Shown here in pieces: positions 38,059 to 47,543 of a DNA stretch of 59,427 bases (position 1 is the first letter of the stretch; every line of letters begins with the position of its first letter). The notes below the pieces were generated by a model, which saw only the letters and a program-made list of their open reading frames with translations, ran no database searches and was not told the origin of the DNA. This stretch comes from Actinomycetota bacterium. Lineage in GTDB: Bacteria; Actinomycetota; Nitriliruptoria; Euzebyales; JAHELV01. Location: positions 9,616 through 69,042 of the forward strand of contig JAHWKT010000004.1 of NCBI GenBank assembly GCA_019347695.1. Reading direction: 5' to 3'. A program made the translations under genes and the position numbers.

Positions 38059-39978
38059 TTAGTCGGCGTCGCGCAGGTGGCGGCCGTGCCAGTCGAGGAT
38101 GGCCTCGAAGCGCTCCACCCGGTGCTTCGGGCTGCCCGAGCGCGATAGCTCATGGTTCTCGCCGGGGAACCGCAGCAACTGGGCGTCGACGCCGTTGCGG
38201 CGCAGCATCGTGAACAGCTGCTCGCCCTGCTCGATGGGGCACCGCCAGTCCTCGTCCGCGTGGATGACCAGCGTCGGCGTGGTGATGCGGTGGGCGGTCG
38301 CCAGCGGACTCGCCGCCCACAGCGCGGCCGCGTCGTCCGGCAGCGTTCGCTGCAGGAACATCCGGTCGAAGAACGGCCCGATGTCGGACGTGCCGGCGAA
38401 CGACACCCAGTTGAGCAGGCCGCGCTCGACGACCGCGGACCGGAAGCGCTCGGAGCGCGCGATCATCCGCGCCGTCGAGAACCCCCCGTATGAGCCGCCC
38501 ATGACGCCGAGGCGGTCGGGCGACACCCGCGGGTGGCGCTCGAGCATCATGTCGACCGCTGCCTCCAGGTCGAGCGTGTCGACCGAGTCGTGATCGGTCC
38601 ACACACCGACCACAGCCCGCGCCCACTCGCGACCGCGGCCCGACGACCCGCGGGGGTCGATGCCGACGACCGCGTAACCGGCGGTCGCATACACCTGGAA
38701 CTCGTCGAAGAACGCGAACCCGTACTGCGCGGTCGGCCCGCCATGGATGCTGAGCAGCAGTGGGATGTCGTCATCAGCAGGGTCCGGCAGCAGTACCCAG
38801 GCGTCGAGCTCGACGCCGTCACGCGTGAACGTGGTGTGCCGCGTGGTGATCAGCCCGCCGTTGGCACGCAGGTCCTCGTTGAGCGCGGTGCACGTCTGGT
38901 CGTCGCCGTCGACGAGGCGCCACAGCTCACCGGGATCCGTCGGCGTGGTCGCCGTGAACGCGATCGTAGGGCCGTCCGGTGACGCGGACACGCCGGTGAT
39001 CTCGCGGTCACCGCCGACGAGCAGCTCGGGCGGGCCGTCGTCACGGAAGCGGTAGACGTGCACGCGGCCGCGATCCGACACCAGCGTGAGATACCCGTCA
39101 GCGGTGACCACCGCCGCCGGCTCCATCGCGACGTCGCGATCGAGACCCGCGCTGAGATCCGCCAGCCCGCCACCCGAATCGAGCCGGAACAGCCGTGGCG
39201 GCGCCGGCCACTCGAACGGGTCGCGCAGGCCGGCGACGAGCAGTTCGTCATCGTCCAGGCAGACGGGGCGGCTCCACATGCCGCTCCCGAGCAGCTGCGT
39301 CGGCACCTCGTCGTCGAGCGCGAGCTCGTAGAGCTCGACGCCGGGGTGGGTCTCGCGGTCGTCGCCGCGCTGGGACACGAACACGACCGACCGGCCGTCG
39401 CGACGAAAGGCGGGCGCCCACTCGTCGAAGTCGCCGGGTGTCAGGCAGCGCGGCTCGTCCTCACCGTCGAGATCCACCAGCCACAGGTGGCTGCGCCGGT
39501 CGTGGATCCAGCCGTCGAGGTCCCCGCGGTAGGGCAGACGCGTGATCCGTCGTGGCCGTCGGCTGCGTTCGTCATCATCGAGCTCCGCGAGCTCGGGGAT
39601 CCACTCGACGCCGACCACGACCAGCCTGGTGCCGTCGGGCGACCAGGCCAGATCCGTCACGCCGAGCGGCAGCTCTGTCCGCACGTGCGCCTCGCCGCCG
39701 TCGGCCGGCAGCACCGCCAGTTGTGCATGGTCGTCGTCGCCGGCACCTGTGCGCAGGAACGCCAGACGGTCGCCGGCAGGTGACCAGCGTGGCGCGCGGT
39801 CCTTCGGCCCGTGGGTCAGCTGACGGTCGCCGCCGGTCGGGTCCCACAGGTGGATGGTGCGCCGGTACGTGTCGCCGTCGATGTCGGGCGTCGACACGAC
39901 GAAGGCGACCCGCTGTCCGTCGGGGTGCACCCGAGGATCGGTGACGCTGTGGAGGCGGGAGAGATCGGGAGGCTGCAT
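38059..39978 (-). CDS. S9 family serine peptidase (beta-propeller plus alpha/beta-hydrolase domain)
   Basis: 639-aa ORF with an N-terminal propeller, the catalytic GGSYGG and a C-terminal D/H region (HADEDWRCP, ENHEL). Confidence 0.9.
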   Translation of the reverse strand: MQPPDLSRLHSVTDPRVHPDGQRVAFVVSTPDIDGDTYRRTIHLWDPTGGDRQLTHGPKDRAPRWSPAGDRLAFLRTGAGDDDHAQLAVLPADGGEAHVRTELPLGVTDLAWSPDGTRLVVVGVEWIPELAELDDDERSRRPRRITRLPYRGDLDGWIHDRRSHLWLVDLDGEDEPRCLTPGDFDEWAPAFRRDGRSVVFVSQRGDDRETHPGVELYELALDDEVPTQLLGSGMWSRPVCLDDDELLVAGLRDPFEWPAPPRLFRLDSGGGLADLSAGLDRDVAMEPAAVVTADGYLTLVSDRGRVHVYRFRDDGPPELLVGGDREITGVSASPDGPTIAFTATTPTDPGELWRLVDGDDQTCTALNEDLRANGGLITTRHTTFTRDGVELDAWVLLPDPADDDIPLLLSIHGGPTAQYGFAFFDEFQVYATAGYAVVGIDPRGSSGRGREWARAVVGVWTDHDSVDTLDLEAAVDMMLERHPRVSPDRLGVMGGSYGGFSTARMIARSERFRSAVVERGLLNWVSFAGTSDIGPFFDRMFLQRTLPDDAAALWAASPLATAHRITTPTLVIHADEDWRCPIEQGEQLFTMLRRNGVDAQLLRFPGENHELSRSGSPKHRVERFEAILDWHGRHLRDAD

Positions 39979-40039
39979 GGGTCGGAGACCGTACCAGCGC
40001 CGAGCCGCAGCCGATGGCCATCGACATCAACTTTCTGTC

Positions 40040-40053
40040 GACGTACGTACGTC
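40040..40053. promoter_or_regulatory. perfect 14-bp palindrome in a divergent promoter region
   Basis: GACGTACGTACGTC lies between the S9 peptidase start (39978, -) and the FNT transporter start (40109, +). Confidence 0.3.
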
Positions 40054-40108
40054 ATGCGTCTACGGTTAGCGGGACACTATTTGACTAGTTCTCGGTTCGG
40101 GGGATGGC

Positions 40109-40969
40109 ATGGCACTGTCGTTGGGTGCGACACTCACCGAGGCGACCGGCCTCGCAGCTGCGAAGTCGCAACAGGTGCGGCATCCGGGGCGCTATCTGTT
40201 CGCGTCGGCGCTGGCCGGTGCGTACGTGGGTGTCGCGGTCGTCCTGTTGATCGCGGTGTCGGCCCCGTTCGCGGCGGCAGGTTCACCGGCGACGAAGCTC
40301 GTGCAGGGCGCGGTGTTCGGCATCGCGCTCACGCTGGTCGTGTTCGCCGGCGCCGAGCTGTTCACCGGCAACGCGATGTACCTGCTGCAGGGGTTCTACG
40401 CGCGCACGGTGCGGTGGCCAGCGGTCGCGCTCGTCTGGGTGGGATCGCTCGTGGGCAATCTCGTCGGCTCGATGGCCTTCGCCGCGCTCGTCCATGGTGG
40501 CGGCACACTCGGCACCGGCGACGGGTCGTCGTCGACGGAGACCCTCATCGCGTCGATGACGGCGGGGAAGGCAGCCGCGTCCGGACCGCAGCTGCTGTGG
40601 CGCGCGGTGCTGTGCAACATGCTCGTGTGCCTGGCGCTGTGGATGGGCAACCGGGCCACCAACGACATGGCGAAGCTGGGCGTCATGTGGTGGGCGTTGC
40701 TGGCGTTCATCGCCTCGGGCTTCGAGCACTCGGTGGCCAACATGACGATCTTCTCGCTCGGCGTGTTCCAGGGCTCGACGACCTGGGTGGAGCTCGGCCG
40801 CAACCTGCTGTGGACGGTGCCGGGCAACGTGATAGGTGGGGGCCTGCTGGTCGGTCTGGGCTACGCCTGGTTGGCCGGCCCGCGCCAGCCGGTCACGGGT
40901 GACGCGGCCATCGCAACCGAGCCGACACCGCGTGAGCGAGTCGGTGAGGTCGTCGCCGACGCGGCCTGA
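40109..40969 (+). CDS. formate/nitrite transporter (FNT) family protein
   Basis: 286-aa ORF with FAGAELFTGN and FEHSVANM, both hallmark FNT motifs. Confidence 0.9.
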   Translation: MALSLGATLTEATGLAAAKSQQVRHPGRYLFASALAGAYVGVAVVLLIAVSAPFAAAGSPATKLVQGAVFGIALTLVVFAGAELFTGNAMYLLQGFYARTVRWPAVALVWVGSLVGNLVGSMAFAALVHGGGTLGTGDGSSSTETLIASMTAGKAAASGPQLLWRAVLCNMLVCLALWMGNRATNDMAKLGVMWWALLAFIASGFEHSVANMTIFSLGVFQGSTTWVELGRNLLWTVPGNVIGGGLLVGLGYAWLAGPRQPVTGDAAIATEPTPRERVGEVVADAA

Positions 40970-41064
40970 GGCCGACTCTGCGGCGCACAACAACACGAAT
41001 ATACACGACCGTCATCATCAAATAACATGTTGAACGCATCGAAACGTGCGCTGTATGATCGCAG

Positions 41065-42717
41065 ATGATGGTCGGTGCGCCGGCAACCCAGCCGCCGACC
41101 GCGGTCGCGACCGCCACGCCGACGGAGGGCACCGCCCCTGGACGTGTCGTTCGACGCCACCGGCTCGTCCGATCCCGACGGTGAGACCCTGACCTTCGCG
41201 TGGGACCTCGACGGCGACGGCGCATTCGACGACGCGACCGGCGCGCAGCCGTCGTGGACCTACACCCAGGGCGGCACGCACGTCGCGAGCGTCGAGGTCA
41301 GCGACCCGCAGGGCGCGACCGACACCGCCTCGGTGACCATCACGGTCAACAACACCGGTCCGACGGCGTCGATCGACAGTCCGTCCGCCGGCTTCACCTG
41401 GGCTGTCGGTGACGCAATCGACTTCTCGGGCTCGGCGACCGACACCGAGGACGGCACGCTGCCCGCCAGCGCGCTCGACTGGTCGCTGATCCTGCATCAC
41501 TGCGACACGCCGACCAGCTGTCACGAGCACCCCATCCAGGAGTTCGAGGGGACGGCAGGCAGCTCCGTCCTGGCGCCCGACCATGACTATCCCAGCTACC
41601 TGGAGCTGCGGCTGACGGCCACCGACTCTGGCGGCCTGAGTGACACCGCGTCGCTCGAGCTGCAGCCCCCAGACGGTCGTCCTGTCGTTCGCCACCCAAC
41701 CCGACGGCCTCGACGTGGCGCTCAACGGTGACGCCGATGCCACGCCGTTCACCCTGGAGGTCATCGTCGGGTCGACGAACACGCTGACCGCTCCCACGCC
41801 GCAACAGCAGGCGGCACGAACTACGAGTTCTCCACCTGGTCCGACGGTGGTGCCGCCAGCCACAACATCGTCGCACCGGTGGTGGCCTGACGTTCGACGG
41901 CGCCGACGATCTCGTGACGGTCGCCGACGCCGCCAGTCTCGACCTGTCGAGCCAGATGACACTCGAGGCGTGGGTGCGGCCGTCGTCGACCAAGGGCAAG
42001 GCGGCCGTACTGGTCAAGGAGGGCACGAGTGGTCCGGTGTACGCGCTGCACGCCAGCGGCGCCGGTCGTCGGGCGAGCGGTGCGGTGGCCACGGGCGGGC
42101 TGGCCAACGAGTACCTCGCCGGCACGCTGGACGACGTGCGCATCTACGACAGCGCGCTGAGCGCCGCCGAGATCGCGAGCGACATGGACACGCCGGTCTC
42201 CGGCGGCGGCGGAACGCCGACCAACCAGCCGCCGACCGCGGTCATCGCCAGCGACTGCACCGGTCTGACCTGCACATTCGATGGGGCCGCATCCAGCGAC
42301 ACCGACGGGCAGATCGTCGAGTGGGCGTGGGACTTCGGCGACGGCGCGACCGCGTCCGGGCAGACGGCGACGCACACGTACGCCGCGGAGGGGACCTATG
42401 ACGTGCACCTGGCGGTGACCGACGATGGTGGTGCGACCAGCCTGGCCCACCACGACGTCGTCGTCACCGCGTCGACCGCGCCGATCTCTCTGACCGCGTC
42501 GGGCTACAAGGTCAGAGGTGTGCACCACGTGGATCTACAGTGGTCGGGCGCCGATGGACCGATGGACGTGTACCGCAACGGCAGTGTCGTGACGACGGTC
42601 ACCGGCACCACGTACACCGACAGGACGGGACAGAAGGGCGGCGGCAGCTACACCTACCGGGTCTGTGGGGCCGATGTGACCACGGACTGCACTGAGCAGG
42701 TGACGGTGCAGTTCTGA
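41065..42717 (+). pseudogene. secreted PKD / LamG-like / C-terminal fn3-like repeat protein, multiply frameshifted and truncated
   Basis: Colinear homology hops between frames: f1 41065-41130, f2 to about 41680, f3 to about 41812, f2 to 41890, then f1 to 42717. Two PKD modules (LDVSFDATGSSDPDGETLTFAWDLDGDG; TCTFDGAASSDTDGQIVEWAWDFGDG) are present. The LamG part (LTFDGADDL...DDVRIYDSALSAAEI) is shortened. There is no signal peptide or catalytic domain. Confidence 0.7.
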
Positions 42718-42756
42718 CGAGCTCAGCCACCGGCGAACAGGCGGGGCTGAGCTCGT
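42717..42756. terminator. 12-bp perfect stem, 16-nt loop hairpin
   Basis: ACGAGCTCAGCC-n16-GGCTGAGCTCGT starts at the stop codon of the PKD-protein frame. It lies between convergent genes and has no U-tract. Confidence 0.45.
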
Positions 42757-42944
42757 CGAGCGCTGCCGGTTGCACTCGACCAGCTCCAGATCGACCTCGA
42801 GCATGCGCCACGATCGTCGGGCACGCCGGTGGGCTGGTCCGCGCGACCGCCGACAGCACGAGGGCGGGCATCAACATCGGCGTCTCGGGCCCGTGTGTCG
42901 AGCGGCGGCCGGTCGGGAAGACGGCCGCCGCCCGGGTCGCGGGG

Positions 42945-45458
42945 CTACGGCTGGTCGGCGGTCACCCAGTAGAGGGCCTGGGCGACCTGCTGGTACAGCT
43001 TCTTCGGGTGATCACGGAACATTGGCTCGGTGCCGAACAGCACGACGCGCGCGCCGGTCTCATCGACGCCACTGACGATCGACGCCTGTCCGGCGGCGTC
43101 GTCCTGGGCGCTGCCTTCGCGGGCGAAGCGGCAGTTGGCGCCCGGCTCGTCGTCACCGACCCACTGCTCGAAGTCCCCGAGCCAGTGGCCGGCCAGCAGG
43201 ACGTCGTCGGTGTCGTAGCGCTGGTCCGCGCGCACTCCGTCACCGAGGTCGGTGAACCACAGCGGGTCGTAGACGAACGACGTGTCGGTGGCCGGGAAGC
43301 CCGCGACGACGGGCGAGTCCGCCGCGTTGTCGACGGCGACGACCCCGTTGGCAGTCGCGCACGCCGGGCCACGCACGAAGGTGACGTCGAGCAGCCCCGC
43401 ATCGGCGTTGAGGAACGCTCCGCTGCTCGACAATCCGACCACGCCGCCACCGTCGGCCAGCCACCCCTGGAAGGCGGCTGCCGCGGCCTCGGACAGGTCC
43501 CGGACGTCGAACCCGGACGACACCATCAGCACGTCGTAGTCGGCGAGCTTGACCGTGCCGTCGTTCAACGCGTCGACCGTCACCGCATCGACGTCGAAGC
43601 CGAGCAGATCCAGAACGTACGCCTCGTTGCGGTTGATCGCCGCAGCGATCTCGACGGGTTCGAGCAGCTCGGCGTCGGCCGGCACCGCCGTCAGTGCGGC
43701 GAACGTGATGCCTCGCGCTGCGAAGCCGTCGAGCAGCGCCCGCGCGTCGGCGGGCACGATCAGGGCACCGTCCGGACCACGGCGCAGCGCGACACCGGCC
43801 GCGAGCATCTCGTTCGCGGCCGCGATCGCCGTCTCGGAGTCCAACTCGAACGCGTAGGCTGCGGCGACGCCCGACGGGACGCTGCCGGTCACGGTCGCAT
43901 CGCCGACCCGACGGGTGCGCACCGACAGATCGCTGCCCTCGGGTACCCGCACGACGGTCGCGCCCCACAGCTCCGCGAGGCTCCAACCGGAGATGTCGTA
44001 CATCTGCGGTGTGAGATACGTGATGTCGTAGCCGAGCTCGAGCATCGTGTTGGCCAGGCCGCGGCGGGGCTGCTCCATCGACACGATGTAGGAGCCCCCG
44101 GGCCATGTCTGCCCGCCGGCCGTGAACGCCTTCTTCGCGGAACCGACCTCAACGCCGTGCGCGATCAGGAAGTCCACTAGCCCTTCGGCCGCGAGTGCGC
44201 TGACCTGGTCGTCGCCGACCGGGATGACGTACGCCTCCGGGTAGCCGGTGTGCTCCGGCCGGTTGTCCTCGGGGCCGTACCCGGGCACGAATCCCGGCTC
44301 GACGGGCACCGGCGCGATCCCGTTCTCGCCGCGTTCGAAGACCTCCAACTGATCGGTGATCATGTCGAGCTTGTTGTCGACCACATACGTGAGCATCGAC
44401 CAGACCGATGCGATGTGGGCCTCGGTGTTGACCCGCGCGAACGCGGCCGCTTCGTCGGGTGCCGACCGACGCGGATTCAGGGGTGCCTCGAGGGTGTGGC
44501 CGTAGGAACCGTGGTACATCGCGTACATCGGCGTGAAGATCGGCGGCCAGTCGTCCCAGTCGCCGACCTCCCAGTCACGGAACGGGATGATGACCTCATC
44601 CTCACTGCGCAGCGCTGGCGCGATGAACTGCGCGTACTCGTCGGCGAAGTCGGGGTCATCACGCAGGCTCGCGTAGGCGGCCAGCACGCCGTCCTCCATC
44701 GCGAACGCCTGCGCCAGCGCGTTCTCGATGTACAGGTCGTACTCGTAGTTCGGGTTGTGCGGCGGCGTCGTCGGCTCGATCAGCATCGGGTTGACGTAGC
44801 CGTGCAGGTCGAGCGTGACCATGGGGTTCCACTCGACCAACAGGTCGCGGACCACCTGCGTCTCCGGCTGGGAGTTGGTGATGAAGTCGCGGTTGAGGTC
44901 GAACCCGTTGGCGTTCTGTCGTGTGTCCAGCACCCGTCCGTCGGGGTTCTGGACGACGTTGATCAGCAGGATCACGTTGTCGAGCACCGTCTTCGTCTGG
45001 GCGTCGTCGCCGAAGGCCAGACGTTCGATGGTGGCGATGCAGGCGTCGACGCCCTCGTACTCGTTGCCGTGGATCGAGCAGTTCAGGAAGACCGGGACGC
45101 GGAACTCCTTGAACTTCGAGGCCTGCTTCTGCGCCTGCGCGGGGTCCTTCAGCATCATGCGTCGCAGCGCCTTGGTGCGGCCCTTGTCGGCCTTCGGGTC
45201 CGACACCGTCGCCAGGTACAGGTCGCGTCCACCGGCTGACTGCCCCAGCACCTCGACGGAGACGCGATCGCTCGTCGCTGCGATCTCGTTGAGGCGCGGC
45301 GCGATCTCGTGGTATTGGAGCAGCCCGGGCGGCAGGCTCTCGTTGGTCTCCGGCTCCGGTAGCGGGAGCGGACCGCCCGCCGTCTGGGCGCCGACGGATG
45401 TCGGGATCAGGCCGGCGAACAGTGCGAACAGTGCGAGCAGAACAGTGCGACGAGACAT
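42945..45458 (-). CDS. secreted M14 family zinc carboxypeptidase with large C-terminal extension
   Basis: Starts MSRRTVLLALFALFAGLIPTSVGAQT (signal peptide). Zn motif region is NCSIHGNEYEG and a further motif is DLHGY. 837 aa. Confidence 0.88.
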   Translation of the reverse strand: MSRRTVLLALFALFAGLIPTSVGAQTAGGPLPLPEPETNESLPPGLLQYHEIAPRLNEIAATSDRVSVEVLGQSAGGRDLYLATVSDPKADKGRTKALRRMMLKDPAQAQKQASKFKEFRVPVFLNCSIHGNEYEGVDACIATIERLAFGDDAQTKTVLDNVILLINVVQNPDGRVLDTRQNANGFDLNRDFITNSQPETQVVRDLLVEWNPMVTLDLHGYVNPMLIEPTTPPHNPNYEYDLYIENALAQAFAMEDGVLAAYASLRDDPDFADEYAQFIAPALRSEDEVIIPFRDWEVGDWDDWPPIFTPMYAMYHGSYGHTLEAPLNPRRSAPDEAAAFARVNTEAHIASVWSMLTYVVDNKLDMITDQLEVFERGENGIAPVPVEPGFVPGYGPEDNRPEHTGYPEAYVIPVGDDQVSALAAEGLVDFLIAHGVEVGSAKKAFTAGGQTWPGGSYIVSMEQPRRGLANTMLELGYDITYLTPQMYDISGWSLAELWGATVVRVPEGSDLSVRTRRVGDATVTGSVPSGVAAAYAFELDSETAIAAANEMLAAGVALRRGPDGALIVPADARALLDGFAARGITFAALTAVPADAELLEPVEIAAAINRNEAYVLDLLGFDVDAVTVDALNDGTVKLADYDVLMVSSGFDVRDLSEAAAAAFQGWLADGGGVVGLSSSGAFLNADAGLLDVTFVRGPACATANGVVAVDNAADSPVVAGFPATDTSFVYDPLWFTDLGDGVRADQRYDTDDVLLAGHWLGDFEQWVGDDEPGANCRFAREGSAQDDAAGQASIVSGVDETGARVVLFGTEPMFRDHPKKLYQQVAQALYWVTADQP

Positions 45459-45563
45459 ACGCGTCAGCCCCCGACGTCGTTGGTGTCGGGAGCATAACCG
45501 CTGCCGGCACGCCTTTGTCACGACCGTTCCTGCGGCGCCGGTGACAGCGATCGCGACGCTGTC

Positions 45564-46988
45564 CTACTTGACCAGATCGTCGCGGTGGGGGCCGAATCGT
45601 CCGCCGTCGCCGGCGGCGAGGTCGTCGTAGGGCGGGATCTCGTACACCTGCACGCGGTTGTCCAGGAAGTCGGAGAACGCCAGCAGCTGGCCGTCGTCGG
45701 ACACGTCGAGACCGGTCGTCTGGTTGCCGCCGACGATCGCATCCAACGGCTCGCCGGTCGCGGCGTCGAACGCCAGCACCGACCCCCGCTCGGGTCCGGG
45801 CAGGTAGTAGGACTGTGGGTTGTTCTCGCCGCGGTTGCTCACGTACAGCACGCGACCGTCGGCGCCAAGGTCGATCGTGTTGGGCTTCTCGTCGGTCCGA
45901 ACGAACCGTCGCTCGCGGGCGCGGTCGAGGTCGTGGGTGAAGATCGCGTCGCGGCCCATGTCGTCGGCGTACAGCACATCGCCGTCACCGACCAGGTGCC
46001 GCATCGCGCCGCCGGTCGACGTGAGCACCTCCGACGAGCCGTCCCGCAGGTCGATGCGCTCGAGTTGTCCGGCGTCGAATCCGGCGACATACAGCGTGTC
46101 ACCGTCGGGCGCGACGTACAGCCCCCGCGGGGTCCCGACGGTCGGCAGCCGCCGCAGCACCTCGCCCGATGTGAGATCGATCTCGGACACGTCGTTGCTC
46201 GACCAGTTCGACGCGTACAGCCGCGTCTCGTCCGGGCCCAGCGCCATCACCTTGGTCCACGATCCGCCCGTGGACAGCTGCCGTCGGATCTCATGTGTGG
46301 CGGTGTCGATCTCGAACACCGACCCGCTCTCCATCTGGCTGACGTACGCCGTCGAGCCGTCGGCGGTGAAGATCACCTCGACCGCACCGTGCTTGCCGAG
46401 GTCGATGGTCGCGAGCCGTTTGCCGGACCGTGGTCGGAACACCTCGACGCCCGGTCCGCCCAGCAGGGTGACCCACAGCTCACGGCGGTCCGGCGTGAAC
46501 GCGACCTGCTTGGGTGCCGAGCCCGTCTTGAACTGCGCGACCTTGTGGTGGAGTTGCCCGTCGGGATCCAGCCACCAGCGGAAGCGCCGGTTGCGACGCA
46601 CCGTGACGCGGCGGTACAACACACCGCGGTCGGGATGGGTGAGCGTGACGTCGACCGTGCCCTCCGGTACCTCGGCCGTCATCGGCGAGGTGCCGGTGAT
46701 TGGTGCATCCCCGGTTGCCGGGGTGATCTCGACGGTTGCGCCCTTCGGGCGGGTGGCGATCCGGATGCGGTGGTCGGGCACAGGTGCCGGACGAGGCGAC
46801 GGTGTCGGCGCGGCGACCGCAGCTTCCGCCGAAGGCGTGGACGGTATTGCCGCGGTGGGCGCAGGCGGGGTCGCCGAGGTCTCGTTGAGCACACGTGTGG
46901 CCGTCGCGCCAGTTGCGGCGCCCAACGCGACGACCGTCAGTGCGATCAGGACAGAACGCCATCGGGTCGACTTCCCGCGTGATGTCAT
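45564..46988 (-). CDS. membrane-anchored YncE/YVTN-type beta-propeller repeat protein
   Basis: 474-aa ORF with an N-terminal TM helix, a Pro/Ala-rich linker and repeated xxVxxSxDGxxLYV blades. It lies upstream of the M14 peptidase on the same strand. Confidence 0.8.
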   Translation of the reverse strand: MTSRGKSTRWRSVLIALTVVALGAATGATATRVLNETSATPPAPTAAIPSTPSAEAAVAAPTPSPRPAPVPDHRIRIATRPKGATVEITPATGDAPITGTSPMTAEVPEGTVDVTLTHPDRGVLYRRVTVRRNRRFRWWLDPDGQLHHKVAQFKTGSAPKQVAFTPDRRELWVTLLGGPGVEVFRPRSGKRLATIDLGKHGAVEVIFTADGSTAYVSQMESGSVFEIDTATHEIRRQLSTGGSWTKVMALGPDETRLYASNWSSNDVSEIDLTSGEVLRRLPTVGTPRGLYVAPDGDTLYVAGFDAGQLERIDLRDGSSEVLTSTGGAMRHLVGDGDVLYADDMGRDAIFTHDLDRARERRFVRTDEKPNTIDLGADGRVLYVSNRGENNPQSYYLPGPERGSVLAFDAATGEPLDAIVGGNQTTGLDVSDDGQLLAFSDFLDNRVQVYEIPPYDDLAAGDGGRFGPHRDDLVK

Positions 46989-47234
46989 GCTGCCCTCGCC
47001 GACCGCGTACTTCTGTCCCGTGGGCAGCGTACGTCAGCCGCACACCGTCCATGGCGGGGCCGGACGGTCGGGTCGTTGACCGGGCCACGGGCTCGAGGTG
47101 GTCCGCGCCAAGTGCCGCGTTCACTGCTCAGCTCGTTTGAGCATGACCCAACCGACGAACCGGCGTCGGTGTTGCTCGAGCGGATGCGGACCGCATGGCC
47201 GGCGACGCGGAGAGCAACACAGGAGACAGCCCCC

Positions 47235-47543
47235 GTGAGTCCCAACCAGACGGTGCCGACGTTGAGTGATCTGAGAGCCGAACGTGGGCGGATCATCGAG
47301 GTAGCTGGCACTCACGGCGCGCGCAACGTGCGGGTCTACGGGTCGGTCGCACGCGTACAGGCGACGACGGCACGCGACGTCGATTTCCTGGTTGACTTCG
47401 ACGCGGGCCGCTCGCTCTTCGATCTCCGTGGCCTGATCGCCGATCTCGAGGAACTACTCGGATGTGAGGTCGACGTCACGACCACGCGCGAACTCCGGCC
47501 GAGAGTGCGCGACCGGGTACTCCGCGACGCGGTTGCGCTATGA
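47235..47543 (+). CDS. MNT-type nucleotidyltransferase antitoxin (MntA-like)
   Basis: GTG at 47235 lies 8 nt after AGGAGA. The motif VYGSVARVQATTARDVDFLVDF is the GS..DxD nucleotidyltransferase signature. Confidence 0.8.
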   Translation: MSPNQTVPTLSDLRAERGRIIEVAGTHGARNVRVYGSVARVQATTARDVDFLVDFDAGRSLFDLRGLIADLEELLGCEVDVTTTRELRPRVRDRVLRDAVAL

